NCBI GenBank assembly: GCA_963841565.1
Contig: CAWJCY010000006.1
Span: forward strand, 339,979 to 403,978
Source of the DNA: an uncultured Nitrososphaerales archaeon
GTDB taxonomy: Archaea; Thermoproteota; Nitrososphaeria; Nitrososphaerales; Nitrososphaeraceae
DNA length: 64,000 bases
Direction of reading: 5' to 3'
The notes under the pieces are model-generated. The model worked only from the letters and a program-made list of their open reading frames with translations, ran no database searches and was not told where the DNA came from. Position 1 is the stretch's first letter. Each line of letters starts with the position of its first letter. The position numbers were made by a program, and so were the translations under genes. Shown here in pieces: positions 64,000 through 64,000 of the stretch.

Positions 64000-64000
64000 C

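Overview
Most of this window (1 to about 63450) is AT-rich chromosomal DNA from an ammonia-oxidising archaeon, most likely Nitrososphaeraceae. The assignment rests on archaeal information genes (aIF-2beta, L44e, S27e, S19e, Rpp21, Nep1, two thermosome subunits), a Zfx-type ferredoxin, a PEFG-CTERM protein, a class II HMG-CoA reductase and Nitrososphaera-type hypothetical proteins. The window carries nikR with a znuACB-like ABC transporter, grpE-dnaK-dnaJ, late cobalamin genes, asd, guaB, smc and the histidine operon. A cysteine hydrolase and a solo Cas4-like nuclease sit between hisG and hisD, and hisI lies about 38 kb away. The distal region is decaying and rich in pseudogenes. At about 63450 the sequence switches abruptly to high-GC bacterial DNA (a truncated cupin-AraC gene), most likely a chimeric join. 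Nine apparent +1 frameshifts break eight genes. Seven of them fall in only two palindromic motifs (GCWGC four times, GTAC three times), which suggests modification-induced base-calling errors and so two hidden methylation motifs rather than true pseudogenes. I found no rRNA, tRNA, CRISPR array or transposase. All calls come from reading motifs by eye; no searches were run.
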